The notes: generated by a model not told the origin, from the sequence alone. A DNA stretch of 61,103 nt from Candidatus Pacearchaeota archaeon (GCA_016866995.1 VGKQ01000004.1:1-61103); one strand, 5' to 3'. Positions 30,078 through 39,440 are shown, counted from the first letter of the stretch. A program made the numbers and translations.

Positions 30078-31334
30078 ATGAAACAAAAATATTTTACAAG
30101 ATTAATCTTGTTTGCATTGGTTTTAATTGTTAATGTTGGCTTGGTGTTTGGAGCTGCAAGCTTTCAGGTTACAAGCTTTTCATGCTCTCCAAAAGATGTT
30201 GTTATTAATGATGTTTTCTCATGCACTGCCCAGGTAAAAAACGCAGGGGATGCTGCTGGTACTATTAGTACTGTAACACTTTATCCTGATGCTGTAAACT
30301 GGCTTGAGAATACAAATTATCCGCAGGCATCTGGGACAAGCGTAACTCCGGGGCAATCTACTGAAATAACATTTACAGGATTGAAGGCTGTCAAGTCAGG
30401 AAATAACGGCTTCTCGAAGATAATGCTTGATTCTGTTACAGATACTTATGTTGCTGACAGCAATACTAAAGTCAAGGTTATTAATGTTGTTGTAACTCTT
30501 ACCAATTCTGTTTCTTCTGCACAAATGGGGCAAAATTTTACAGTTAGTGCAGAAGTGACTGCAGGAGGGAATATTGATGTAACTTTAACATTTTCTGTTG
30601 CGAGCGGAGGATGCAGTATTGGAAATGATAATGCACAGAAAACAATCACTGGAATGCAAGATGGGAGCAAGCAGTCAAGAACATGGACTGTTACACAAGG
30701 AAATGAAGGAGCATGCAAGTTCAGCGTGTCTGCAACAGCTGTTGGAAGCGGAATAAAAACAGATACAACACCAGGAAGCATTACATGTCCAAACTGCCCT
30801 GTACCTTCAAGCACCCCTTCTTCTGGCGGAGGAGGAAGCGGAGGAGGCGGGTGGAGCAAGATTTATTTAATTGGAGAGTTGACATCTGCACAGGCTGTTG
30901 ATATGGCTATAAATGAGAAAGTTAATTTAAGCATTTCTGGAAAATCATACATAATTACACTTGAAAATTTTACCCAGACAGATGTAAGAATAAAGATTGG
31001 CACAGAAAAATATACTATTGCTGTTGGAGATGAAGTTAACATAGACTTAAATGGAGATTATGAAAAGGATATTTCTGTTAAGCCAAAATATATAAACTTT
31101 CTTTTGGGAAAAGTGCAATTAATATTCACTCCATACAAGATTTCTGGCGGCGCTCCTGTGACAGGAGAGGCTGTAAAACAAGAAACAGCAGAAACGCCAG
31201 CAGAAAAGATAGTATCTGCTGCAAAATCAAATAAATTTTTGTTTGTATTAATTGTGATATTTGCTGTTATTGCTGTTTTGTCGCTTGCATATTACTTTTT
31301 TATTAAAAACAGGAGAAAATTGGGATATGGATAA
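30078..31334 (+). CDS. surface protein (CARDB/S-layer-like domains) with C-terminal TM anchor
   Basis: Sec signal MKQKYFTRLILFALVLIVNVGLVFGA. CARDB-like FQVTSFSCSPKDVVINDVFSCTAQVKNAGDAAG. A Gly linker precedes a conserved module of about 90 aa. The C-terminal TM helix is FLFVLIVIFAVIAVLSLAYYFFI. Confidence 0.8.
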   Translation: MKQKYFTRLILFALVLIVNVGLVFGAASFQVTSFSCSPKDVVINDVFSCTAQVKNAGDAAGTISTVTLYPDAVNWLENTNYPQASGTSVTPGQSTEITFTGLKAVKSGNNGFSKIMLDSVTDTYVADSNTKVKVINVVVTLTNSVSSAQMGQNFTVSAEVTAGGNIDVTLTFSVASGGCSIGNDNAQKTITGMQDGSKQSRTWTVTQGNEGACKFSVSATAVGSGIKTDTTPGSITCPNCPVPSSTPSSGGGGSGGGGWSKIYLIGELTSAQAVDMAINEKVNLSISGKSYIITLENFTQTDVRIKIGTEKYTIAVGDEVNIDLNGDYEKDISVKPKYINFLLGKVQLIFTPYKISGGAPVTGEAVKQETAETPAEKIVSAAKSNKFLFVLIVIFAVIAVLSLAYYFFIKNRRKLGYG

Positions 31335-32052
31335 AGAAAAAATCGCACTGTCTGTCTTTGGAGTTTCTGCAGTTGCAGTTGTTATTCTTTTTGCAATTGC
31401 ATTCACTCAAAATACAGGAATGAGCGGAAGGGTTGTGCAGGAAATTCCAAGCGAGCAACCTCAATCAACAAACATAGCTGGATGCTCAGACACTGATGGA
31501 AGAAATTATGATGTTAAAGGAGTTTTAAGCTTTTGTGATAATAGTGGCTGTACAACAAATGAAGATTTATGCAATGGCAGGATGCTTATTGAGTGGTATT
31601 GCGAGAATAATGAGAAAAGGTATGAAGAAAAATTGTGCGAGTACACTTGTGATGGGGGGACTTGTTTAGGTTATGTTACAAAATTCTCATATCCTTATGC
31701 TGGCAGCGGAGGAGGAGGGGGAGGAGGAGAAGAAAGCCCTGTATCTGGAGGAGCAACAACAAGCGCTCCAACAATCAGAGATTTAGGAGAATTAACTCTT
31801 GAGAATACACTTGAAATGAATAGCAATGAAAATCTGAGATTTAGTATTGGAGGAGTAAATTATTTGATGATACTTGAAGGGCACAGCGAGACTCAGGCAA
31901 CATTAATTGCCGGAAGCCAGGAGATTGTGCTTGGTGTTGGAAGCGATACAAAAATTGATTTGAATGGAAACAGTGTTCCTGATTTGTATGTCTGGCTTAG
32001 AAGCATAAATGTTCTTACAGGAAAAGTCAAGTTAACTCTAGATTTGGCTTGA
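31327..32052 (+). CDS. membrane-anchored Cys-rich protein carrying the same C-terminal module
   Basis: Start MDKEKIALSVFGVSAVAVVILFAIAF overlaps the upstream stop as ATGGATAA. A Cys-rich region, a poly-Gly run and the shared module follow. Confidence 0.75.
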   Translation: MDKEKIALSVFGVSAVAVVILFAIAFTQNTGMSGRVVQEIPSEQPQSTNIAGCSDTDGRNYDVKGVLSFCDNSGCTTNEDLCNGRMLIEWYCENNEKRYEEKLCEYTCDGGTCLGYVTKFSYPYAGSGGGGGGGEESPVSGGATTSAPTIRDLGELTLENTLEMNSNENLRFSIGGVNYLMILEGHSETQATLIAGSQEIVLGVGSDTKIDLNGNSVPDLYVWLRSINVLTGKVKLTLDLA

Positions 32053-32196
32053 TAATCTGATTTTATTAGTTATAGGAAAACCAACCAACATTCTTGTTAC
32101 ATTATAATTAATTCTAAAATATCAATAAATTAATGTATATTAAGTTAATTAAGGTGTAATTGCTATTTGGTTTTAGATTTTTGCTGGAAAATTAAT

Positions 32197-32209
32197 TTAT
32201 CGACGATAA
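32197..32209. promoter_or_regulatory. perfect palindrome TTATCGACGATAA
   Basis: Lies about 55 nt upstream of the ATG at 32263. One of five intergenic copies of this motif. Confidence 0.35.
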
Positions 32210-32262
32210 TTCTGATTTTTAAGCATAATAATCTTTATTAACATTGAATTTTATTATGATTT

Positions 32263-32655
32263 ATGGAAAATTTTAATGGGGTGATAATTGAAGAGAGTCT
32301 TGAGAATAAGGATATCTTAAAAAAAGTAAGGATTATCAGTACAAAGATTGAGAAGGTTACTGAGAAACATAAAACTCCTTGGATAAAACAGTGGACTCTT
32401 CATAATGTTGAGATTCCTAAAAAACAAGCCAAAAGTATTGCAGAGGAAATAAGCAAGTCTCTAGACTCTGAACACAATTGGTATGCTGATTTTAAAAATA
32501 ATTCTTATCACTTTATTATTTTTAGGAATAAGATATTTTATGTTAACAGAAGCAAGAAAGAACAATATACTGAGGCAACACAATATGGGGTTTCTCTGGG
32601 AATTCCAGAATATCAAGTTGATTTTTCCCCTTATGTTAAATTGTGGAAAAGATAA
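32263..32655 (+). CDS. hypothetical protein
   Basis: 130-aa ORF with no recognisable motif. Confidence 0.6.
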   Translation: MENFNGVIIEESLENKDILKKVRIISTKIEKVTEKHKTPWIKQWTLHNVEIPKKQAKSIAEEISKSLDSEHNWYADFKNNSYHFIIFRNKIFYVNRSKKEQYTEATQYGVSLGIPEYQVDFSPYVKLWKR

Positions 32656-32671
32656 TATTACATTCAAAAAA

Positions 32672-33949
32672 ATGGAAGAAAAAAGGATTATCGGAGATTC
32701 AAAAAATTCTGATGAATTTTTAGACTCCTCAAAAACACAAAAACAAGTTTTTGCAGATTTGCACATTCATTCAAGATACTCAAGAGCATGCAGCAAGGAT
32801 ATAACAATTGAAAATCTTGTGAAATATGCCAAGATTAAGGGGCTTGGATTGCTTGGAACAGGCGATTTTACTCATCCTTTGTGGCTTAGAGAAATCAAGG
32901 AAAAACTTAAAGAAAAAGATGGCTTGTACTACTATAATGATTTTCCCTTTATCTTAACTGGAGAAGTTAGTTTGATTTATTCACAGGGAGGAAAAGGCAG
33001 AAGAGTTCATCTTGTTGTTCTTGCCCCCAATACTGAAATTGTTGACAAGATAAATGCTTACCTTGATACTCGGGGGAGGAGAGATTATGACGGCAGGCCT
33101 ATTTTTAATATTCCTGCTGATAAATTTGTCGAGGAAATGATGAAAATTTCTGACAAGATTGAGATAATTCCTGCTCATGCATGGACTCCGTGGTTTGGAA
33201 TTTTTGGAAGCATGTCTGGATTTGATTCATTAAAAGAAGCATTTCAGGAACAACTTGGGAATATTCATGCTATTGAGACTGGAATGTCAAGCTCGCCCGA
33301 AATGAACTGGATGATATCTGAGTTAAATAATAAATCCATAATCTCGTTTTCAGATTCTCATTCTTTCTGGCCTTGGAGAATTGGAAGAGAGGCTACTATT
33401 TTTTCTTCTGCTGAGAGTTATGATGATATTATTTCTGCAATACGCGAAAACAAGATTATTGGAACAGTCGAAACAGAGCCTGCTTATGGAAAATACCACT
33501 GGGATGGGCATGCTAACTGCAATTTTTCTTCAAATCCAGAAAAAACAAAAGAAATTGGGGGAATTTGCCCTGTTTGTGGAAAGCCATTAACAATTGGGGT
33601 TGAAAACCGAGTTGAAAAATTGAAAAACCAGGAAAGTTATGTTTATCCTCGGAAAAAGCCATTTTACAAGCTTCTTCCTTTGCATGAATTAATTGCTTTG
33701 GCAAAAGCTTCAACTCTTGCTTCAAGAAAAACATGGCTTACATACAACTTACTGATTGAAAAATTTGGAAATGAGTTCAGGATTTTGCTTGATATTGGAA
33801 CAGACGACTTAAGAAAAGTGCTGCCTAATGATGAGCTGCTTGTTAATCTTATAATTGACAACAGAATTGGAAAGATAAGAGTCAAGCCCGGCTTTGACGG
33901 AAAATATGGCGAGCCGATGCTGAAAGAGAAGCAAATGAAACTTGAATAA
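32672..33949 (+). CDS. endonuclease Q-like (PHP-type N-terminus plus zinc-finger) DNA repair nuclease
   Basis: Contains ADLHIHSRYSRA, GTGDFTHP, CPVCGKPLTIGV and the C-terminal GFDGKYG, as I recall for EndoQ. The ATG at 32672 is preferred over the overlapping track start at 32483. Confidence 0.7.
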   Translation: MEEKRIIGDSKNSDEFLDSSKTQKQVFADLHIHSRYSRACSKDITIENLVKYAKIKGLGLLGTGDFTHPLWLREIKEKLKEKDGLYYYNDFPFILTGEVSLIYSQGGKGRRVHLVVLAPNTEIVDKINAYLDTRGRRDYDGRPIFNIPADKFVEEMMKISDKIEIIPAHAWTPWFGIFGSMSGFDSLKEAFQEQLGNIHAIETGMSSSPEMNWMISELNNKSIISFSDSHSFWPWRIGREATIFSSAESYDDIISAIRENKIIGTVETEPAYGKYHWDGHANCNFSSNPEKTKEIGGICPVCGKPLTIGVENRVEKLKNQESYVYPRKKPFYKLLPLHELIALAKASTLASRKTWLTYNLLIEKFGNEFRILLDIGTDDLRKVLPNDELLVNLIIDNRIGKIRVKPGFDGKYGEPMLKEKQMKLE

Positions 33950-34029
33950 TTTTCTATTATTAACTTATAACTCAATCTCTTTATTGTTTAAATTGATTTA
34001 ATGGCTGTTTATTACATTAATTACAGATT

Positions 34030-34143
34030 TTATTTTTTTAGATTAATTTTTATATACTTGTAATGCGCATTCTTAGTTTCTTTTCCGCAATGAGATGATT
34101 TTAGTGTATAATTTCCACAAACCTGACATTTTTTTAATTTCAT
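34030..34143 (-). CDS. Nop10-like H/ACA RNP protein (37-aa mini-ORF, absent from the ORF track)
   Basis: Translates to MKLKKCQVCGNYTLKSSHCGKETKNAHYKYIKINLKK. It has the CxxCG-YTL...C-G...AH zinc-ribbon pattern of archaeal Nop10. It lies downstream of aIF2-alpha, a common archaeal neighbourhood. Confidence 0.5.
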   Translation of the reverse strand: MKLKKCQVCGNYTLKSSHCGKETKNAHYKYIKINLKK

Positions 34144-34145
34144 TT

Positions 34146-34158
34146 TTATCGTCGATAA
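34146..34158. promoter_or_regulatory. perfect palindrome TTATCGTCGATAA
   Basis: Lies 3 nt upstream of the Nop10-like ATG on the minus strand. Confidence 0.35.
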
Positions 34159-34175
34159 TTTTGAAAATCATCAAT

Positions 34176-34469
34176 TTAATTTACTTGTTCATCAGAATAA
34201 TAATCTTCATTGTTTATTGACTTGGAAATATTGCCTATTTCGTTCATTATTTCCTGCATTATTTTCTTGTTTGCAGCTTCTGGATTTTTCTGCTTGAATT
34301 TAATTGCAAGATTTGCTGCTGCAATTGCGCCGATTTTTTCTTTTTTATCTGCTTTTATCTCTTTCATCACATATCTTAAAATCTGCTCAACATCTGCCCG
34401 CGGCTTTTTGTCCATATATTCAAGAACCTTGCCTGCAGCAACCATCATTACAACTTTATCTTCCACCAT
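34176..34469 (-). CDS. hypothetical protein
   Basis: 97-aa Lys/Glu-rich ORF between the aIF2-alpha and Nop10-like genes. Confidence 0.55.
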   Translation of the reverse strand: MVEDKVVMMVAAGKVLEYMDKKPRADVEQILRYVMKEIKADKKEKIGAIAAANLAIKFKQKNPEAANKKIMQEIMNEIGNISKSINNEDYYSDEQVN

Positions 34470-34515
34470 TTTTATATATTTATTTTTACTTTAGAAGTTT
34501 TTAAATATTATTATA

Positions 34516-35226
34516 CTATCTTGAAACTTGGAATTCTGCCTTTTTTTCCTTTGCTTGTTTTTCTATTTTATCAAGAGACTGGGATATTTCCTGGTTTGCC
34601 TTTTTGTAATCTGCTGACTTGATTTTTATTGCATATTTTCCTGCTGCCATGTAAGAAATCTCGCAGTTTCCTTTGCAGAATGAAAGCATGCTCTTTATTG
34701 TTTTGACTCCATCAGGGCTTTTGCTTGAAAGGTTAAATATTTTTTTTACTTCCACTGCTTTTTCTTTTTTTTCCTGGAGAATTTTGCATATTTTTTCTGC
34801 CTCCTCTTTTTCCAGATGTTTTTCAAGTTTTTCCGGATTAATCTTGCAATTTTGCAGAAACTCATATAAACTTGACTCTTTTTTTATTTTTTCTGCCACA
34901 TCTGCAGCTTTTTCTCCAAGAACAGATTTTAAAATGCTTACTGAATTTTTTTCTTTTTCGTATTTTTCCATAACTTCCTGTTTTTCTTTGAGAGAAACTC
35001 TTCTCAAGCTGAGATTAATGTTTCCTTTTTCATCTATTTTGAGAACTTTACAGACTATTTTTTTTCCAGGAATTACATAATCTCTAAGATTTCTTATTCT
35101 TCCAGGAGCTATTTCGCTTGTGACAATTGTTCCCTGCTCTCCTTCCTCGAGCTTTACAAATACAGTAGTCCTGTCTATGTCTGTTACAGCGCATAAAACC
35201 AAGTCTCCTTCTTTCAAGTTTTCCAT
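34516..35226 (-). CDS. translation initiation factor 2 subunit alpha (aIF2-alpha)
   Basis: N-terminal S1 domain (GDLVLCAVTDIDRTTVFVKLEEGEQGTIVTSEIAPGRIRNLRDYV...LSLRRVS). Helical and C-terminal alpha-beta domains follow. Confidence 0.88.
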   Translation of the reverse strand: MENLKEGDLVLCAVTDIDRTTVFVKLEEGEQGTIVTSEIAPGRIRNLRDYVIPGKKIVCKVLKIDEKGNINLSLRRVSLKEKQEVMEKYEKEKNSVSILKSVLGEKAADVAEKIKKESSLYEFLQNCKINPEKLEKHLEKEEAEKICKILQEKKEKAVEVKKIFNLSSKSPDGVKTIKSMLSFCKGNCEISYMAAGKYAIKIKSADYKKANQEISQSLDKIEKQAKEKKAEFQVSR

Positions 35227-35403
35227 AATATTTTAGAATTTAGAGATATTATAAAGCTTTGCTTGTTTTTTGATATTTCAGAATTAACTTCTAATTTATA
35301 TTTGAATTAGTTTAATTACAAAATATTTAATATAATATATTATATAACATTAACAATATAGTTTGATTAATTTAAGGGTTTTTGCTATGGTTTGAATATA
35401 TGT

Positions 35404-36702
35404 CTATATCTTTACAACTTCAATATCAAGAATTTTTGTCAGACATTTAATGAAAGCTTCCTCGTTTTCTCTTGAGATATAGCATCCGGCTGCCTGAGCA
35501 TGCCCTCCTGTTTCTCCTCCTATTTTACTTGTAACTGACTCGAGAATTTCGCGGACATTTCTGCCGTTTCTTCCTGCAATTCTGGCAGAAACTTTTATCT
35601 TGTCCTCGCAGTATGCCATTGTGATTATTATTGTGCCTTCTTCATACATTGAAGACACTGATATTATTGAAGCAACTGTTCCGATTATTGTGTCTTTTAT
35701 ATTCTCTTTTGCATTTACAATAATATAATTTTTTCCTATTATTTTGTTTGTTGAGACAAAATTTAGCGCAGCTATTAAATGCTGCTTGTAATCTGCGTAT
35801 ATTTTTTCAGCTTTTAGCCTTGCCTGCTTGTTTCCCAGGCAGATTAACAGCGAGATTTCAGAAAATCCCAGCCTTGAACAGGCATTTATCATTGCTGAAA
35901 GCTCGCGGGCATCTTCAAGCTTGTTGAATACTTTTACAAGATAAATATTTCCTATAACTTCAGAATTATTTTTGTCTATTCTTCTAAGCAAGATTGAGGT
36001 GATAAGCTTTGAATTCTCCTCTTCAGTGAGTTCGATAAGGCTTTTGTATTCTCCATTTATTTTTTCTATTCCGGCTTCTTTTAAAACTTCAAGAACGCCG
36101 CGGGAATTTCCTGTCACTCCTGGAATAAACATTGAAGAAGAAAATTCGAGGGTTTTATGTATTGGGCGGGTTGAAGGATATAATAACAACCCCTTTTTTA
36201 TTGTTACTTCTGCATCTTCTATTATTAAATTGTTTAGTTTGCTGATATTTTTTTCCAGCATATCTCCAACCATCCCAATTAGCGCCAGATTTGCCAAGCC
36301 TGTATTTTGCTTGTCTATATTTTTAGCAAATAAGTAAACCAATCCAGAAGCTGAAATCTGCTCTTCTCCAAATAGATGAGGATTGATAAAAATTACATTA
36401 TCCGGCTTTTTGCTGGTTATTTCGTGATGGTCTATTACAAAAACATCCTTTATTTCTGACAAATTATGAAGGTTGCTTGAACCCATGTCAAGAAAAACAA
36501 GCATCTCATTCTTACTTGAGATATTTTCCGGGAATTGTTTTAATATATTAACTGAGAAAATCCTGTCAAGCCTTTTTAATGTTGAAATCATTATTGCTGC
36601 TGCTGTTATGCCATCTGTATCATGATGAGAAATTATTCTGACTGGTTTTTTTTCTGATATTTCAAGAAATTTCTGAACCGCTTCTTCAATTGCCTTGTGC
36701 AT
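35404..36702 (-). CDS. DHH-family phosphoesterase (archaeal RecJ/GAN-like)
   Basis: Motifs HHDTDG, VIDHHE (DHH) and DHHA1 GGETGGHAQAAG. Confidence 0.85.
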   Translation of the reverse strand: MHKAIEEAVQKFLEISEKKPVRIISHHDTDGITAAAIMISTLKRLDRIFSVNILKQFPENISSKNEMLVFLDMGSSNLHNLSEIKDVFVIDHHEITSKKPDNVIFINPHLFGEEQISASGLVYLFAKNIDKQNTGLANLALIGMVGDMLEKNISKLNNLIIEDAEVTIKKGLLLYPSTRPIHKTLEFSSSMFIPGVTGNSRGVLEVLKEAGIEKINGEYKSLIELTEEENSKLITSILLRRIDKNNSEVIGNIYLVKVFNKLEDARELSAMINACSRLGFSEISLLICLGNKQARLKAEKIYADYKQHLIAALNFVSTNKIIGKNYIIVNAKENIKDTIIGTVASIISVSSMYEEGTIIITMAYCEDKIKVSARIAGRNGRNVREILESVTSKIGGETGGHAQAAGCYISRENEEAFIKCLTKILDIEVVKI

Positions 36703-36954
36703 TTTTCCTCTTTTTTATTTTCACAACAATTTTTGCATATACTAGTATTTAAATGTGAGTTAGAACTTGAAAGTAGAAATAGTTTTTCTGCAGAAAAACT
36801 ATTTCCCTGATAAATTAGCATTATCTTGATAATATTCTTTATATTTTTAATAGTTTTTATTGTGCAAATTACCTTTGATTAAATTATTATTAATAATTAA
36901 AATAAATGCTCTAAAATTATTTTAGAAGTATCTTAATATTAACTTAATTAATAA

Positions 36955-37266
36955 TTATTTCAAACTTTTTAATTTTCTTAATTTTGCTTCTTTTATCATT
37001 AAAGCTCTTCTGCAAATCTTGTCTTTTCTATTTTTTGAGATGTGTTTTTTTAATTTTTCCAGGCTCTCTGTTAAATTCTTGATATCTGCATCAACATAGG
37101 CTTTGTTTTCTTTTAGAATTTTTGACATTTTTTTGTTTAAATTTTTCTTTGCGAGAATTTTATGCTCTTTTGCGAGTATTAATCCAATTTTCTCGCTTGT
37201 TTTTCCCTGCTTTGCCAGCTCTACAATTAGTTTTTCTGCTTCTTTTTCTTCAAGTTTTTCAGTCAT
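36955..37266 (-). CDS. 30S ribosomal protein uS15 (S15P/S13e), short form
   Basis: Contains LIVELAKQGKTSEKIGLILAKEH...KNRKDKICRRALMIKEAKLRKL, which matches the conserved C-terminal uS15 helices. Confidence 0.75.
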   Translation of the reverse strand: MTEKLEEKEAEKLIVELAKQGKTSEKIGLILAKEHKILAKKNLNKKMSKILKENKAYVDADIKNLTESLEKLKKHISKNRKDKICRRALMIKEAKLRKLKSLK

Positions 37267-37370
37267 AAATATATGCTGGAAAGAGGATTTAAAAACCTGA
37301 TGGTTTTTAACTCATTAAAATTCTGATGAATTATTAAGATTTTTAAAGCTATTGTTTATTATAATAATAT

Positions 37371-37500
37371 AGCCCTGTCGTCCAGCGGTCAAATTCAATA
37401 ATTTTATTGTTGAAGACTTGGGATAGTGGCCTTTGGTCCAAATTCATCAGAATTTGCTGAACGAAAGCCATTGACGGAGGTTCGAATCCTCCCAGGGCTA
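37371..37500 (+). tRNA. tRNA-Gln (anticodon UUG) with two introns (D-loop and 37/38)
   Basis: Acceptor AGCCCTG/CAGGGCT. D stem GTCC/GGAT, separated by 37 nt. Anticodon stem GTGGC/GCCAT with loop CTTTGG|29-nt intron|A. T arm GGAGG-TTCGAAT-CCTCC. Confidence 0.7.
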
Positions 37501-37572
37501 CTTTTCTAATTAGTGTTTATGTCAGAAATTTTCACTGAAGTTCAAATTTCTGAACACCCCAAAAATGCGAAT

Positions 37573-38298
37573 TCAGTGAGCATTTTTGCGGTATCTTCCT
37601 CTTGCCTCAACTTTTTTCAATTGCTCCAAAATTTTTGTTTTATCTTTTGAATTATATCCTTTTAGGAAGCTTGAGAAAAGTTTTTCCCAGTTTTGAAAAT
37701 GCTTTGCTTCTAATGCCTGCTTTAGCAAGTGAATATCAACAGCTTTATCCTCTATTCTGCTTGAAATATAGCCGAGCCCAAAATCAATAATGTAAACTTG
37801 AAAATTATTCTTATCTGTAATTAGCTTACTGTTACCTGTTGATTGTTTAATTGACTTGTTTGTTTTTGCTGCTGGCTTATTATTTATTTTTTGACTATCT
37901 TTTATTGATTTATTTTCAACTAAAATCATGTTTGATGTTGTCAAGTCTCCGTGAATTATATTGTTATCATGAAGTTTTGCTGTTTCTTCTCCTACTTGCT
38001 CCATAATTTCAAATTTATCTTTTAGATTATCAAGATTTTCACTCAGCTTTTTCCCATCAAGAAACTCAAGTTCAATTTCCTTGCTTTTTTCATCTGACTT
38101 TATTAGTTTTGGAACAGAAATTAACTTGCTTGCTTTTTCCAGCAACTTGGATTCGCTTCTTGTTCTCAATTTTCTTAATTTTTCATCTAATTCCGGAATT
38201 CTATATGATTTTTTTATTCTTCTCTTGATAATTTTGCCTCCTTCTCTGAGAATTATTGCTTCTGCTGCATGTGCTATTATTTTTTCCATGTTAACCAA
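37573..38298 (-). CDS. Bud32/PRPK-type Kae1-associated kinase
   Basis: Contains GAEAIIL, the catalytic HGDLTTSNMIL, IDFGLG and EDKAVDIHLL. A Lys/Asn-rich insertion of about 45 aa lies between the catalytic loop and DFG. Confidence 0.85.
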   Translation of the reverse strand: MVNMEKIIAHAAEAIILREGGKIIKRRIKKSYRIPELDEKLRKLRTRSESKLLEKASKLISVPKLIKSDEKSKEIELEFLDGKKLSENLDNLKDKFEIMEQVGEETAKLHDNNIIHGDLTTSNMILVENKSIKDSQKINNKPAAKTNKSIKQSTGNSKLITDKNNFQVYIIDFGLGYISSRIEDKAVDIHLLKQALEAKHFQNWEKLFSSFLKGYNSKDKTKILEQLKKVEARGRYRKNAH

Positions 38299-38488
38299 AT
38301 ATTTTTAATAAAATTAAAAATAAAATCAATCCGAGAATTATTAATATTATATATACCCAATTTAATTTTTGCGATTTATTATTGCTTCTATCTGCATTTG
38401 AATTAACATTAGGCTCGTAGCTCATTGTGCCTGAGTTCCATATCATTCTTGGCTTGAGATATTTTATTTTTTTTCGTGTTTTTTTCAT
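38291..38488 (-). CDS. small membrane protein (tentative)
   Basis: 65-aa ORF with a C-terminal TM helix. Its stop overlaps the Bud32 start by 8 nt. Confidence 0.4.
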   Translation of the reverse strand: MKKTRKKIKYLKPRMIWNSGTMSYEPNVNSNADRSNNKSQKLNWVYIILIILGLILFLILLKIFG

Positions 38489-38539
38489 AATTAGCTTTAA
38501 ATATCCTAATTTATATATTTATTTTTTAAAAAGATATTT

Positions 38540-39307
38540 TTGGCATTACTTATAATTTTTGTTTTTTCTAGTGTTTATGCTCTTGATTTTCCGCAGTATA
38601 AAGACAAATATGTCAATGATTTTGCAGGAGTTTTCTCATCTCAACAAGCAAGCGAATTAAGAAGCATGTTTGCAGGAATTGATTCTGACACAAGCGCCGA
38701 AGTTGTTTTTGTGAGCATGAAGGAATGCACTTCATATGGGGGAGCAAGCCAGTTTGCTATTTCTTTGCTGAATTACTGGAAGGTTGGAAAAAGCGACAAG
38801 AATAACGGCTTGTTAATATTGTACTGTCTTCAGGAGAATAAAATATTTGCTGCAACAGGATATGGATTAGAAGGAATTTTACCTGATTCCAAGATTGGAA
38901 GGTTGCTTGATGAGAATTATGTTCCTTTAAGAGATGCAGGAAATGTTTCACAAGGAATTATTGAATTTTCTTCAGCTGTCTCACAGGTTATAGAAGAAAA
39001 TAAGCAAGAGGTTTTATCTGGAAAAGCAGGAGGAATCAACAAAAAATATGGAGACTGGATTTTTTTTATAATAATTCTTTTAATATTTTTTATAATTCCG
39101 AGAATATTAAAATTTATTTTTAGAAATAAGATAAAACAAAGAACAAAATCAAAACAAAAATCTTCTGGAATTTGGAATGCATTATTTTGGTTATGGGTTG
39201 GAAGTTCATTAGGAAGAAGCTCGGGAAGCAGAGGATTTAGTGGAGGCGGTTTTGGCGGAGGCGGATTTGGAGGGGGCGGTGGCGGCGGGGGAGGCGCTGG
39301 GAGATAA
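38540..39307 (+). CDS. TPM-domain protein (YgcG-like) with Gly-rich tail
   Basis: Contains VNDFAGVFSSQQASEL, NNGLLILY and ATGYGLEGILPD. A TM helix and a GGGFGGGGFGGGGGGGGG tail follow. TTG start. Confidence 0.8.
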   Translation: MALLIIFVFSSVYALDFPQYKDKYVNDFAGVFSSQQASELRSMFAGIDSDTSAEVVFVSMKECTSYGGASQFAISLLNYWKVGKSDKNNGLLILYCLQENKIFAATGYGLEGILPDSKIGRLLDENYVPLRDAGNVSQGIIEFSSAVSQVIEENKQEVLSGKAGGINKKYGDWIFFIIILLIFFIIPRILKFIFRNKIKQRTKSKQKSSGIWNALFWLWVGSSLGRSSGSRGFSGGGFGGGGFGGGGGGGGGAGR

Positions 39308-39440
39308 GTTTAAAAATTAAAAATAGTAAATTATGTTATTAATGTTATTTTCAGATAATATATTATTTGAAAAATAAATAAGTTTATAAATCAATCTTTT
39401 CTTTTAATAAAGAAACAAAACAAGTCTATTAAAAACAAAA

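Noticed and set aside
31261-31326. Upstream start (MLLLLFCRLH...) for the 31327 gene.
   Set aside because: It overlaps the C-terminal TM-coding region of the upstream gene. The ATG at 31327 gives a normal N-terminus and an ATGGATAA coupling overlap.
32483-32671. 63-aa N-terminal extension of the EndoQ-like ORF, overlapping the 130-aa ORF.
   Set aside because: The extension is hydrophobic junk in the +1 frame of a better ORF. The conserved ADLHIHS motif lies shortly after the ATG at 32672.
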